Source: Azolla caroliniana
Lineage: Eukaryota > Plantae > Polypodiophyta
DNA length: 64,000 nt
Assembly (NCBI GenBank): GCA_043228905.1
Contig: JBHGNT010000137.1
Coordinates: forward strand, 4,995-68,994
Direction: 5' to 3'
A program made the position numbers and the translations under genes. The notes below the pieces were generated by a model. It saw only the letters and a list, made by a program, of their open reading frames with translations. It made no database searches and had not been told where the DNA came from. Positions 1 through 12,312 of the stretch are shown piece after piece; within the stretch, counting starts at the first letter, position 1, and every line of letters begins with the position of its first letter.

Positions 1-53
1 TCGAGTACTTTAAGTGTTCTGGATTAATAGATGATGATGAAGAAATTCAGGAT

Positions 54-3000
54 ATGTTTGAAGAATTAAGTTTTGAAGATACAATAACTCATTTGGAAGC
101 AATGGAAGAAGACAACGAAATCCAAGTTCCTGTCCATTCAATCAAGATGTATGAGGTCATTGAAGAAGTTGCTCGAAAGGATCATGAAGCACATGTACTA
201 ACAAAGTACAAGACAGTGGAGAAGAAGGTTCGTCCTATTGCTGCTCCACTTCCAGGGGATAGTGAAAAGGCAATCAAAGAAGCAGCCACAGAGCCAATGA
301 TCAGAGACCCACGAAAGGTAGGACATGTGTTTACTCCGGAAACAATACAAGGGATGAAAATAGGAGGGGGTGACTTCCTATTACCCGCTGAAGAAAAGCA
401 GTTCAGGGAGATGTTAAAAAGGCATGGAAAGGCGTTCGCATTCCAACCGGAAGAAATAGGGTGTGTGGATCCAGAAATTGTGGAGCCCATGGTTATATTC
501 ACTATTCCTCATATTCCATGGAACTTTAAGCCAATACCCATGCCTAGGGCTAGAATCCCTCAACTATTAGAACTTTTGAAAGAAAAGATAAGGATGGGTA
601 TCTTGGAACCATCGAACGCTCCTTACTCGAGTCGATGGTTCACTGTGTTAAAGAAAGATGGGCGACTCCGATTTATCCAAGATATGCAACCCGTGAATAA
701 GGTAACAATCCGAAACTCGGGAGTAGGGCCAATTGTGGATGAGTTTGCTGAGATGTTTGCAGGAAGAGCTATATATTCAATGGGAGACCTTTATTCCGGG
801 TATGATCAATTTCAACTTGCTATCAAAAGTCGAGATATAACTTCTATCAAGACACCTATAGGGTTAGTACGGATGTGCACCTTGCCGCAAGGAGCAACCA
901 ACTCAGTGGCGCATATGATGAATGGAATGAACAAGGTACTTCGTGATTTTATTTCTCATATTACAATGCCTTTTCTAGATGATGTTCCAATTAAGGGATG
1001 CAAGGAGGAAGAGAAGAACGAGGAATTGGACGAAAGTGGTTGCCGTCAATTCATTGCTGATCATATCAAGGATTGTGAGAAGGTGCTATCAAGGATGGAA
1101 GAAGTGCATTTGACCTTATCAGGGGCGAAGTCAATATTTGGGGCAAAAGAGATATTAATAGTTGGTCATATGTGTGGCCCGTATGGGAGAAAGCCATCCC
1201 CAACCAAGGTCAATGCAATTCAAAATATGCAAGAGGAATGTACATCCATCTCAGAAGTACGAAGGTTTCTGGGGGTATGTGTTTTTTACTGTAAATGGAT
1301 TCCGCATTATGCCCATTTATCTGAACCTTTATATAGACTCCTAAGAAAAGGAGAGACATTTGAATGGAGTGAAGAGCATTCAGAGGCAATGAAGAAATTG
1401 AAGTACTACTTGGCACAAGCTCCACCATTAAAGCAACCAGACTACACCCGGCCCATATATCTCACAGTAGACTCTAGTCCCATTGGAATTGGATGGGTGA
1501 TAAGCCAACAAGATAGGGAAGAAAGGTATCCAGTCCGATTCGGGGCAAAGGTTCTTAGTGGTCGACAAAGAAAATATGCACAGGTGAAAAGAGAGCTATG
1601 GGGGATAGTAACAGCTGTAAAGACAGACAGAGATTACTTAATTGGTGCTGAAGTAATAATAGAAACAGATTGTTTGCCTATTCTGGGTATCATAGCTAAT
1701 TGTGATATTCCAGATCAAGCCATGTTAAGATGGTGTATCTATATTAGATCAATCAACCCTGAAGTTCGACATATCTCTGGGAATAGAAATGCAGTAGCAT
1801 ATATGTTATCAAGAGCAAGGTATAAGGAAGAGGAGATTCCAGACTCGGACGATGAGGACAAAGAACAAACAGTCCTTACCACAAGCATTACTCGGGAAGG
1901 AGGAATGCAGTTTCTAGAAGAGGAGTATGAAGAAGAATTCAAGGAAATAGGGAAATACCTACAAACCCCTGACAAGTACAAAGGTCGATCTGGAAAAGAG
2001 TTCGCACAGTTTCGCAAGAAAGCCCATAAGTTCTTTCTGCATGAAGGATATCTATGGCGACATCCGAAAACCAAGACTAGAAACCCGCAAAGAGTAATAG
2101 GTTCTGAAGGGCAAAGAAAGGAGATAATCAAAGAGCTGCATGACAAAGAATGGGCTGGTCATCGAGGAGTGTGGGCCACTTTCAGTAAGATTAAAGAACG
2201 ATTTTGGTGGCCTCGATACTATGAGCAAATAAAAAAGTATGTGGAAACTTGTCCCACTTGTCAATATTATTCAAATGTAAAATTTTGTGATGAATTACAC
2301 CCAACATACTCACCGGGGGTGCATTACAAGTGGATGATAGATTTGGTAACAATGCCACTTGGAGTAGGACAAAAGAGATACTTGGTTCTTGCTAGAGAAG
2401 ATCTAACAAATCAAGTGGAAGGTCGTTCATTGAGAACAAAAGGGACATTAGGAGTATGTCAATTCATCTTGGAGGACATTGTTTGTAGATATGGATGTAT
2501 CGGGAAGATAGTGGCAGATAGGGGAGAACTCAATTCTGCGGAAGCTCAAGATTTTTTCGACAAAATAGGAATTCGGCTTTCTTTGACAACGGCGTACAAT
2601 CCAAAAGCTAATGGAAAGGTAGAAAGGGGACATGGGCAATAGTCAAAGCTTTGGCAAAGGCATGTAGAGGACGGGTTAGTGATTGGCCAAAAACCTTACC
2701 CTATGCACTATGGGCTGATAGGACAACTCACAGCACTGTTACTGGATATATGCTTGCAGAATTAATCACATGACAGAAGCCAATAATGCCAATTGAAGAA
2801 AAGATAACTACATGGGCTGTGTTGCCTTGGGAATCGGAAATGAGTAGGGAAGATTTACTTGCGGTTCGAATACGACAACTTCAATCAAGGATAGAAGACA
2901 TAGAAAAAGCAGCTACTAGATTGAAAGAGGCAAGAATCAAGAATAAGGACAGATTTGACAAGATGAAAAGAATACGACCAAGAAAGGTGCAAGAGGGAGA

Positions 3001-3304
3001 TTGGGTATTAGTATATGATAATAGCCTAGATAATCAATACAGTACTATTCGGAAGTTTGCAAAAAGATGGTTTGGACCTTATGAAGTTAGGAAAATAACA
3101 GATAAAGCCACATATTTCCTCAATGAATTAGATGGGACAGAAATTCGTATCCCAATTGTAGGAAAAAGGATTAAAATATTTAAAAGGAGGGAGTCATTAG
3201 AGCCTGAATTTTATGAAGAAGTAGAAGAACTAAAAGAATTGGAAGAAGTGTTGGATGAACTCTGCACAACCAATGTGCAAGTTCAGAGGGGGTGGGTGTC
3301 GTGA
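54..3304 (+). pseudogene. Ty3/gypsy pol (RT, RNase H, integrase with GPY/F motif), disrupted
   Basis: RT motifs YSSRWFTV, DLYSGYDQF, LPQGATNS, FLDD; RNase H VDSS/ETDC; integrase GHRG..CPTC, IDL, ADRGE, NGKVERGH. A frameshift at about 2638 continues as IVKALAKACRG..WPKTLPYALWADRTT. An in-frame TGA lies at about 2771, then ORF 2786-3304 carries WFGPYEV. No chromodomain seen. Confidence 0.93.
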
Positions 3305-4055
3305 AGAATGTGCTTCACGATATAAAAATGAGCTTAAATGTTGTATTTAATAATATTTGAGAGACTTGAACCCACATCCTTATATACGATGTACAATGTA
3401 CATACCACTAGGCTAGGCTATTTATTTGTAAAATTGTGTAATAAATGTGCTTCATGATATAAGAATGAAGCTATATATTGTATTAAGTAAAATTGAGGGA
3501 CTTGAACCCTCAACCTTGTATATCAAGCACAAACCATACACCACTAAGCTAGGTTATTTGTTTTAGGGTTATATCCATCATTATACTTATCCCAATACAT
3601 GGGAGCTCAAATGAGCATGATGGCTATCATGCATCACATGCAATGCATGTGCGCCAAATGGCGATCATGCATCAAATGTAACTCATGCATGACATTACCA
3701 TATGCATGGAAATACTTATAAAAAGAGAGGAAAGGAAAACAAAAGGGAATCAAGGAATCAAGAGAGAGTGAAAAAATAATACAATCAATTGAAGAAGACT
3801 AGCTCATTGGGTGGAGAACCTCTCGTTTCGAAGTTGAGGTCGAGGGTTCAAATCAAGGGTCGGTATTGAAAAGATTCATCTTGCGATCAAGGATTGTAAA
3901 GTTGGTAAAATATTATATTTTTAATATACATCATGTTTATATCATATACTCTTGTTCTTTGAATCATACTTTGTCTCAATCTTCTTTCTAGAATCATACT
4001 TTGTCTCAATCTTCTTTCTTGAATCATACATTGTCTCTATCTTTTATCTATGCTC

Positions 4056-4114
<59 letters not shown>

Positions 4115-4249
4115 TACTTGTAACTCTTCATCTTACTATCCTTAACCATTCTATCATCACCATACAAGCCTTATTAAACTTAAGTTTCTTCAACTCCCCT
4201 TAACCTTAGTCCCCGCGACTTCGTCGCACGAACCACAACTACCCCGACA
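3297..4249 (+). repeat. 3' LTR (~950 bp) containing a ~135 bp internal duplication, a 30 bp x3 tandem repeat (3961-4050) and (CT)n(CA)n
   Basis: TG...CA termini with TGTCG/CGACA inverted ends, directly after the PPT. GAATCATACTTTGTCTCAATCTTCTTT repeats three times. Confidence 0.85.
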
Positions 4250-5484
4250 ACGCTTGTCGTAAGGATGACATTGAAAACCTCTCCTCCTCGTCATCCAACT
4301 CGAGTTGTAACGCTCGTTCAATCACCATATCCGTTGTTTCCCCTTTCACGTTATTGCTGTTGAGCGTTGCCCTGATGGGCCGGCGTAACGCTGCCAGAAA
4401 TGTTTCCCGTGCCTCCTCCTCCGCAAGGCTTCGATCCAGTTTTCATCGTAAATTTTGGAACCGTAAGCTGAAGTCTGCTATTGTCTCGGTCGGTAGTTGC
4501 TTAATTGTATAAAACTGCCCGAGAATCTCGCGTTGTGGAACCCTCCGGTGAAAAAAACGCAAGAAGGCGGACTAGAGCTGATCGAAGGTTGTTATGGCCG
4601 GTAAATCCATCTATGAATGCCAGAACGCCGCACGCCCATCTAATGTTAATCCGAACTCCGTCATTTTCGACTGGTGTGCCACCGTCTCGGAAAGGTTCTG
4701 TGCCATGTGGTTCACATTCCAAACGTTCAAGAACATGCGAACATGAATTGCGGTGTCGGTTTCGCCGTTAAATCGGAGAAGGTCACCGGGAGGCTGCGGT
4801 AAGCGTGGTCCCCTCGCCTCGTCGAGGTATTTGGGGAGCAAGGACTCCTCTTTGCGCTCCTGGCAGGTATTACTGGGGTCGCCGATGCGTGGCTTTTGTC
4901 GAGCGTGTTCTTCTGCCTGGCGTGTGACGAACCTTGTTACTGGCCGGTCTTGTCTTGTTGGTTCTCTGAGTCGTTTGCAGCTAAACATCCATTCGTTGTT
5001 GCTCGTCTGTGAGGAAACACAGATCACTAAGCGTGCCAAAAGTGTTGCCTCTTAGGATACATGGTCCGTGGTCAGTCCTTCGACCTAGACCCCAAGGTGG
5101 GTGTGGAACAACGAACAGAGCTTAATCGTACTACGTAAGGAGAGAACCTCTGTGATTCCTCCGTGTGTAAGGGGATACGGCTACAACCGACTCCTTATCA
5201 CAGGTTGCGCTTACGTACTACTACGATTACGTATTCGAGACACAGACACTGAATTAGCCGTAGCTATACACAAAAACTCAGAGAAGATAGTATTCTATTA
5301 TCAGGCGTTCTTTTACAATTCCTAGAATTTACACGCACCTCCTTACGAGGTTTTCTGCCCTTTATATATGCAGGGTCTAATTAGTCGTTCACGCGTACCC
5401 GCGTGAATAGTTACATACGTTACGCTTTATATAGTTTCTTATTCCTACGCTTTTGGTCGTCGGTTACTATTCCGGCAGACAACA
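4250..5484 (-). mobile_element. Second Ty3/gypsy-like element: 5' LTR (~5102-5484) and degenerate gag (~4255-5039), interrupted by the + strand element
   Basis: ORF 4611-5039 contains FNGETDTAIHVRMF...EFGLTLDGRAAFWH, a retrotransposon gag-like L-x-G-x-A-x-x-W motif. An abrupt junction near 5484 interrupts the neighbouring gag. LTR boundaries are approximate and the PBS is degenerate. Confidence 0.6.
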
Positions 5485-7641
5485 CTTCTCATACTCAAGA
5501 ACAGAAGACCAAAACTTTGCTCCCACTTTCGCAGCTTCATTTTGTCTTTCTCGACTCTTATTCCGGCCGTTGCATCATAGTGCATCGCATCCACATGAGT
5601 CGTCTCAGCATCTTCCATAGACTTCTTCATTCCCCCTCTTCCGAAATTCACCCACAGGGGTCTTCGAGTTTTAGTCGAGCAGATCATGTTGTCATCTATG
5701 TATATGATATTTTGTTGGATTGCCTCTCGAAGGCTCGCGCAATCCCTTCTCATGTGGTCCATGTTATCGCACCACACGCATCTAAAGGGTTCTTTCCCTT
5801 TGGGGCCCCGACGATTCATGTTGGCTAGTGTGACCATCTCGAACTTCTTCGCTAGCTCTTCGATGATGTCGTCATCAATCTTCTTTTCTTCCAGGTTGCT
5901 TTGTTTGGGCAGCTCAACTACTTTCGGTTGTCTTGTTTTCTCCACGACAGTCGATCCCGCCAAGTTGGTGTCATCAACCCACTGACGACGTTTGTCGAGC
6001 CTATTGCATGCTCGCTTCACCACGATCCAATCCGCTACAAGCCCATTCGCTTGGGTATCATCATCAAGGAGAGTACCCAGTTCTCGTCTATCCTTTATAT
6101 CCACAACCTTTAGGAAGTACAAAGTTTTGTCCTCCTCAAGTCGCACTTGGTTTGTGGCGGGGAGACGACGAAACATAAATTGGTCGAATTCGTCATACAC
6201 CCTCGAATCGCTCATCTTCTTATTCTTCTTTTCTATCCACTTCATCAAGGCATGTCGAGTCTTCCGTCGCGAACTCTGCTAATATCGCTTTCTCAAACTC
6301 CAACCACGTTGTCTTCCCTTCTTGAAGTTCGATGACGCGTTTTTGGATGTTGTTGGCGACCACTCTCTTGAAACTTGTGATTTGCCACGCTTCAGACACG
6401 TCCCTTTGATTCATCTCCCTTTTGTATGCATCAAGGAACTTCGTAATGTTCCTTCCGTCGAATTGACCCTCGAGCTCTACAACACGATCGACGGCCTTCT
6501 CCACGCTCGTATCGTTGTCTCGAGATCTCATCATTTGTTCGACGATCAACATCATCCTTTTGAAGTCTCCCGCTTGATTGCTTGAGGACGCCATCTCCAA
6601 GTATTGGTCTCGACTTAATCCTTCCTACAACCTCTTTCACGTCGGGTTCACCACTTGATTATGTCGTGAAGATCCATCTCTATTTGTGGATCGTGAGGCG
6701 AAACCGCCGAGGTTCTGGACCGGAAAGACTCGAAGCACCCACTAGCTTTAGCGAGAAAGGATTTAAGATAGTTTGAGGGAGAGAGATTGAGATGGCGAGA
6801 GAGAGATAGAGAGTGAGAGAGATAAGATCGAACTTTTAACTTTAGATTCGAGAGACAAGATATATCATCAATTGGAGAACAAATTTTTCTTCTTCTTAAA
6901 TTCTTGAATCAAAACATAACATGTATCACCCATGCATATGATGCATGTGAGGGTACAAAACATGCATACAATGCATGGAATGCATGTGATGCATGTTTGC
7001 CATTTGGCGCTCCTGCATCACATCTCACTCAATTAAGCTCTAATATGAGAATTTACATGTAAAAATTATAATGATAGGGAAAATATTTCTAAAGAAATGA
7101 CATAGCTTAGTGGTAAGTCTATAAACTTTCATTGTGGAGGTGGAAGGATCAAGTCTTCACTTGCACTCCTTTTGAATATACACACACACACACACACATA
7201 TGCTTTTTATTATTAATGTATTTTTTACAAGGCATTCCTCCGTCCGGTCGTCGGCTCCGTCGATCGTCGTCGCCGGATTCGTCCAAAACACATAGTTGTT
7301 TGCATTTGGCTACATCCATACAACTTAACCTTTCTATGCTCCACACATAGACACAAAGACAATAGCTTTTGCTCTGCCTTATATATGGTGGGTTCCTTAT
7401 TTGTCCTGTCTATGTGGGATATCACATATTTTTCTCTTCTTCTTTGCAAACTCCATACCCACATAACTTGACACTTAGATGTTCGTTTCCTACTTAGCAA
7501 AGTACATTCGGAAGCTCTTCAAGACCTCCATCTTTTTGTACCAAGATATTAAACTTATTTAAAATAGTATCTTTGCTATTATTGTTTTATATTTCGTGAG
7601 AAGAACCACGCTCGATTTCGTAGTCGAAAATCTTCACGACA
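5485..7641 (-). mobile_element. Third Ty3/gypsy-like element: 5' LTR (6662-7641), tRNA-Trp PBS and frameshifted gag
   Basis: LTR bounded by a perfect 11 bp inverted repeat TGTCGTGAAGA/TCTTCACGACA. gag is split over ORFs 6220-6600 (FDGRNITKFL) and 5445-6248 (CCHC knuckle CVWCDNMDHMRRDC). The terminus and the GCGCCAAATGGC..CATGCATCA motif are shared with LTR 3297-4249. Confidence 0.88.
6636..6653 (-). promoter_or_regulatory. Primer-binding site complementary to the tRNA-Trp 3' end
   Basis: The + strand reads TTCACGTCGGGTTCACCA, matching the 3' end of plant cytosolic tRNA-Trp plus CCA (recalled from memory). It lies 8 nt from the LTR. Confidence 0.85.
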
Positions 7642-8479
7642 TCGTTGTTGTAAGTTGTTCAGTTCCTGTTGGAGTTGAAGCTTCCTGGTTATGGTGCTTG
7701 CGGCGAAAATCTTCTTCAGGTTTCCCCAAGCATCTTTCGGCGTTTTTGCATCCCGAATGTAGCTTAGGAGTTGTTCGCCCACACAAGACGCGAATCAATA
7801 CAGTACTCTGTTCGCCGACTGTTCTCACGTCGGGAAATCTCTATGTGTCGATTCGGGTGTTGTGTCATTTGCTCCGTCGACATAGCTCCAGTATTCGTGC
7901 CCGAGAAGGTACTAGTGCATCTTGTAGGACCAAGACGCGTAGTTGTTTCTGTCGAGCTTCTCCGTCGGAAGCGAGCTAGCCATGCCTCTATCCATCAGTT
8001 TTACCTGTTCTTCTTGGATCGTTTTTCTTTCAAGTTATGTCAGCTGCAGAGGTTCTCAACCCTTGCGCTATGATACCATGTAAAGAATAGCGTGCAGAAG
8101 CAAGTAGAAAACCGAACACAGAAACGCAAGTTTAATGGAGAGCTTAAATATACATAGTACGCGGGAGAGACAGAGAGAGAGAGGACACACTAAAAACTCA
8201 ATTCAAAATAATACTCAATCTGTACATAGGATGTGCTCAATGAGCACTTTTATACAAGCCCTGACTATCGGGCTAACACAAGTACTTACAGTACTTGAAT
8301 GCTCATAAATGAGCCTACTACACTAACTCCCAAAATATATTCCTACGCGGAATATCTTTCCAACGGCCTCGCAGTTTACGCACCACTACAACCTATTGTG
8401 CACACAGTTTTACGCACCCAATTTACGCACTGGGTTATGCACCCGATTATGCACCGAATGTTGAGCTTGTCTCTCAACA
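7642..8479 (-). mobile_element. Ty1/copia element 5' end: LTR (~8079-8479), tRNA-iMet PBS and start of gag, interrupted at 7641
   Basis: TGATACCA at 8071-8078 (rc TGGTATCA) abuts TG. Copia gag LLSYIRDAKTPKDAWGNLKKIF..RKLQLQQEL is truncated exactly at the LTR end 7641. Confidence 0.8.
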
Positions 8480-11400
8480 AAAAGAAAGATATAAAAACTT
8501 ATCCTAAGGCTTTACTCCAAATGGCATCCCTAATGTTAAAGGGGGAAACCCTATGTAAAAAAGTTATAGAAGTCCGTTTTTATAAATTTTTACCTTCTTT
8601 TTCCGAACATTCTAGAGCCACCTATTTGTAATCTAGGCAAGAGCCTTCTCTCACTTCTCTCTCATTACTTACTCCCCTTAAGGTTGAGTACTTACTAGTC
8701 AAACCTTAATCACCGTCCTCGGCATGTTCCCCACCTAAAATGTAAACATTGGTTTGGACTTCTTAGCCAACAGTTGCAGAACATATAGAAGTGTGTTTGG
8801 TGGCAGGCACCTTGAGGCAACACATAGACAGATAAAATCAAATCCCTCCATTTAGAGCTCTAGAAAGCTAGAGAGTCAACACACACACACACACCCATTT
8901 GGTGGCTAACCACCTCCATCCACCTCGACAATTCAATGTGTGCCTTCTTGCCTTCATGTCATCCACAAGTGGAAACCCTCATAGAGCAATTCCACACAAG
9001 CCCAACACTCATTCAAAAACATTAGAATAGAAGCTTCAATCAAGGCCATGTGGGAACATGCTTTACAAAGCTAAGATTTCCAATGAGGCATTGCCCACCT
9101 TGTTGAATCCTAGTATAGGAGCAATGAACATGTAGTTCTAGATAGCGTTAGTTCAAAGGAAACAAAGAATATTTGCAATTGTTATCGCCACTAGGCATAG
9201 TTTGTTCATGTCAAGTTGAATGTTTACAAGGATTGATTGAAATCCATTGAAACATTGAAGAGCAACTATTCACGTTGTTAACAGTAATCCCAACATCCAA
9301 ACAATGAACATGTAGTCTTGGATGTCATAGATACTTCAGAGGAAACAAAGAAGATCACTCAAGATTATCCCAATTGGTTGAGCCAAAGTTGAATGACAAT
9401 AGGGATCAATTCAAGGCCAACAAAGGTTGACATTTATCTCTAATGATAATAGGTTAACTAGCAACATCAAAAGACCTTGCCAAGGATAGAGGAGGGCTTG
9501 TGGAGGAGCAACTAAGAGCAATGAATTATAACTTTATCAAGGTTGCATTGAAGATGGCAACCATTTCCGCATTGTTGCAAAACGAAGTGACCAGTTTCAC
9601 TCGTAAATCTAGTTCACTTGGTAGTTTGTCTTGTACCGCACTTGTTCGCTAATTTTTTTATCATCATCTTACATCTATAACAATTGTTGAGTGCACTGTG
9701 GAGCAAGAAGAGTGAAACTAGGCACTAGTATAGGTAATGTAGAAGGCCCACAATGATGCACAACACTTCTGACATATTGGACTCCATTGGACTAAGGACG
9801 AGCTAAATTTTGCAAACCACAATCCTTAACCTTATGAAGGCCACCAACTCCAAGCAATAACCCAAGCAATGCATAAAACCCCCCACTTTTAAGAAAGTGT
9901 TCTCAAAACTCCACATCAATGTCATTTTATACATGGATCAAGTACTGCATGCAACGAGATGGCATAGTTGGGCCATAGATGGCATTGATCTTCTTGTGGA
10001 AATCAAACATGGGATGAAATTGAGTATTCCAAGCTACCCATTGTTACCTATCATAGCCAAATTTTGGAAGATGTTAGGGTTATTGGACAAGATAGATGGG
10101 TGAACATGAACAATGATTGTGAACAAATTGCCAAGGCAAATTGTGAGGCATTGGATTGACATCCCATAACACGTATTGATCTACTTAGATTATTTGAGGA
10201 GAAAATTCCCCATTTTATATGCATCACATAGTTATGAGCATGAATTATGGTTTTTTCCTATGAACTCACTATTTCCAAGACAAGATCAACTCAAAATAGA
10301 TTTTATACTTCATGGATCTCCTATCGTTGTGCAAAAGATTTATAAATCCTTTGCCTTCTCTAATACTATGCTCGTAATAGGGCTACAAATGTTAATAGAA
10401 TTTGGTGGAGCTAAAGATTGTATATAATTATTATTTATTGAAGGAAAGATGTTTTATTTTGAATATATGATTATATTCATTCACATATCAATGACCTTCT
10501 TTGGTGTGGAAGGCAAAGAGCATATTTGAGATCAACATGGGACTTTAGGAACAACGAGTTAAACATGTGTTTTTCTTTAAAATAGTGCGTAATGACCTTG
10601 TAATGGCCAAACTATGTTATAAACGCCCTTGAGTTTTCAAAAAACTTTAACAACAATGATGATTGAGTAAGCTATATCTAAGTATCTACCTAAGATGCTT
10701 GGTTGGGTAATATTAGTTAGCAATGCAAGTATGTCGAGTCTAATACATAAAGTATCCTTATTATTAATGCATATTATATTTTAGTGCAACGTGGCCATGC
10801 CCGTCAAAAAGCTAATTTAGAGCCAATATGTGAAGTTGACTAATCATCCACAAACGTCCAAAATCAAGATAATTCTCATGACCATAAAACAATTTACTAT
10901 ACCGAAACATAGAACGCAAATGACCATAACATTTTCTCTCTATCTCTCATAGATATGGAAATTCCACACTTTTTAGTGAAACAAGTTAAAGAAGTGTTAA
11001 GTATTGTGACAAAACGGGTTTCTTTCATAAAGTCTTTGATATGTATGGAATTTCTTGAAATAAAGAATGAAGATTTATGTAGATTCATCGATCAATTCCT
11101 CAATATGAATGCCAAATAGAAGATAGATAATTGATCAAGGCTTATTATTCGATCTTGTTTATAGTTTGATCGGTAAGTAAATGATGAGACCTACTTTAAA
11201 CGAAAAGTGGGACACCATTACAATGTTATTCTTTGTTGATGTATGGTCTACTTGTAACAGAAACATACATTGTTGATTATAAATATGAGAGGTTGAAAAT
11301 ATGAGTTGATAATAGATATTATCAATGAGAAAAAAACAAGCTTCTTTACCTACCATGCCCATCTACATATGCATGTTGATAGCCTAGAGATTTTCCAGAT

Positions 11401-12260
11401 TAAGAAAACAAAATATCTAGCTTTTAAGCAATGCCAACTCATAAAGTTATGTGAAACATTTGCACATCTTGTATTTCATGTTGAATACATGCTACATGGT
11501 TGAAAGCTATGACGAGTATTTGTGTTGAGCCCTTAATAGTCTCGTCTGAATCCTTGTAATGTTGAGCTCACATTTTCTATCCATATAGAAAGAAAATGGA
11601 ATCTCTATCAACCCTTGACCTACATACACTATGCACATACTTCATGTCTGACCTTGTCAATAGATTCATTTCTATATCTCTAATATAGGGAAAATACCTC
11701 CCTTTTTGCCTTTTCATTTTTGGAGTGGAGTGTTCTCGCATATTGGATGTAGTGAAATGTAATGGTATAACACATTTTGGATGTGGAATTTGTGTCATAA
11801 ACATAAATAAGATACAAAGAAAATAAGCCAAGAGTATACATATTGCCATGACTTTGAGGCACGGCAATACATTCATTTTCACTGATTGACTTGCGAAAAG
11901 AAAATTTTGTAAAGCTATTATTTAGCATGGGTTGTAAGTATGCAAGATCTTGCCAAAACATTTGATGAAATTCTATTGCAAACCGACATGAACTGAAGTG
12001 CGTGGGACTCGATCTTGATATATTAACCTTTATCGCTATACGCCAGGGTTATAAAGTTGACCTCATAAGTGCAAAAGAATCGATGGGGGTGTTGAAAGTC
12101 TCTCATATGATGTATAAAGGCAATGCTTTCTTTCCCCTTATGCTTTATCACATAATGTATTGTTTTATTTGGAGTAAGGGGCAGGCTTCATGGATGACGA
12201 GAACATGTAGTGGGAAATAAAGCTTTCTAAAGCATACTATGACATGATTCATTAACCAAA

Positions 12261-12262
<2 letters not shown>

Positions 12263-12310
<48 letters not shown>
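12263..12310. repeat. (AT)n microsatellite
   Basis: Direct observation. Confidence 0.95.

Positions 12311-12312
<2 letters not shown>

Larger units (their letters stand above)
1..4249 (+). mobile_element. Ty3/gypsy LTR retrotransposon, 3' part (pol + PPT + 3' LTR); 5' part lies upstream of the window
   Basis: RT-RNaseH-integrase order in ORF 54-2642. Polypurine tract AGAGGGGGTGGG ends at 3296 and is followed directly by an LTR running TGTCG...CGACA (3297-4249). Confidence 0.93.

Noticed and set aside
3355-3860. Functional tRNA genes
   Set aside because: No acceptor stems, broken D-stems and location inside an LTR. Reported instead as tRNA-derived modules.
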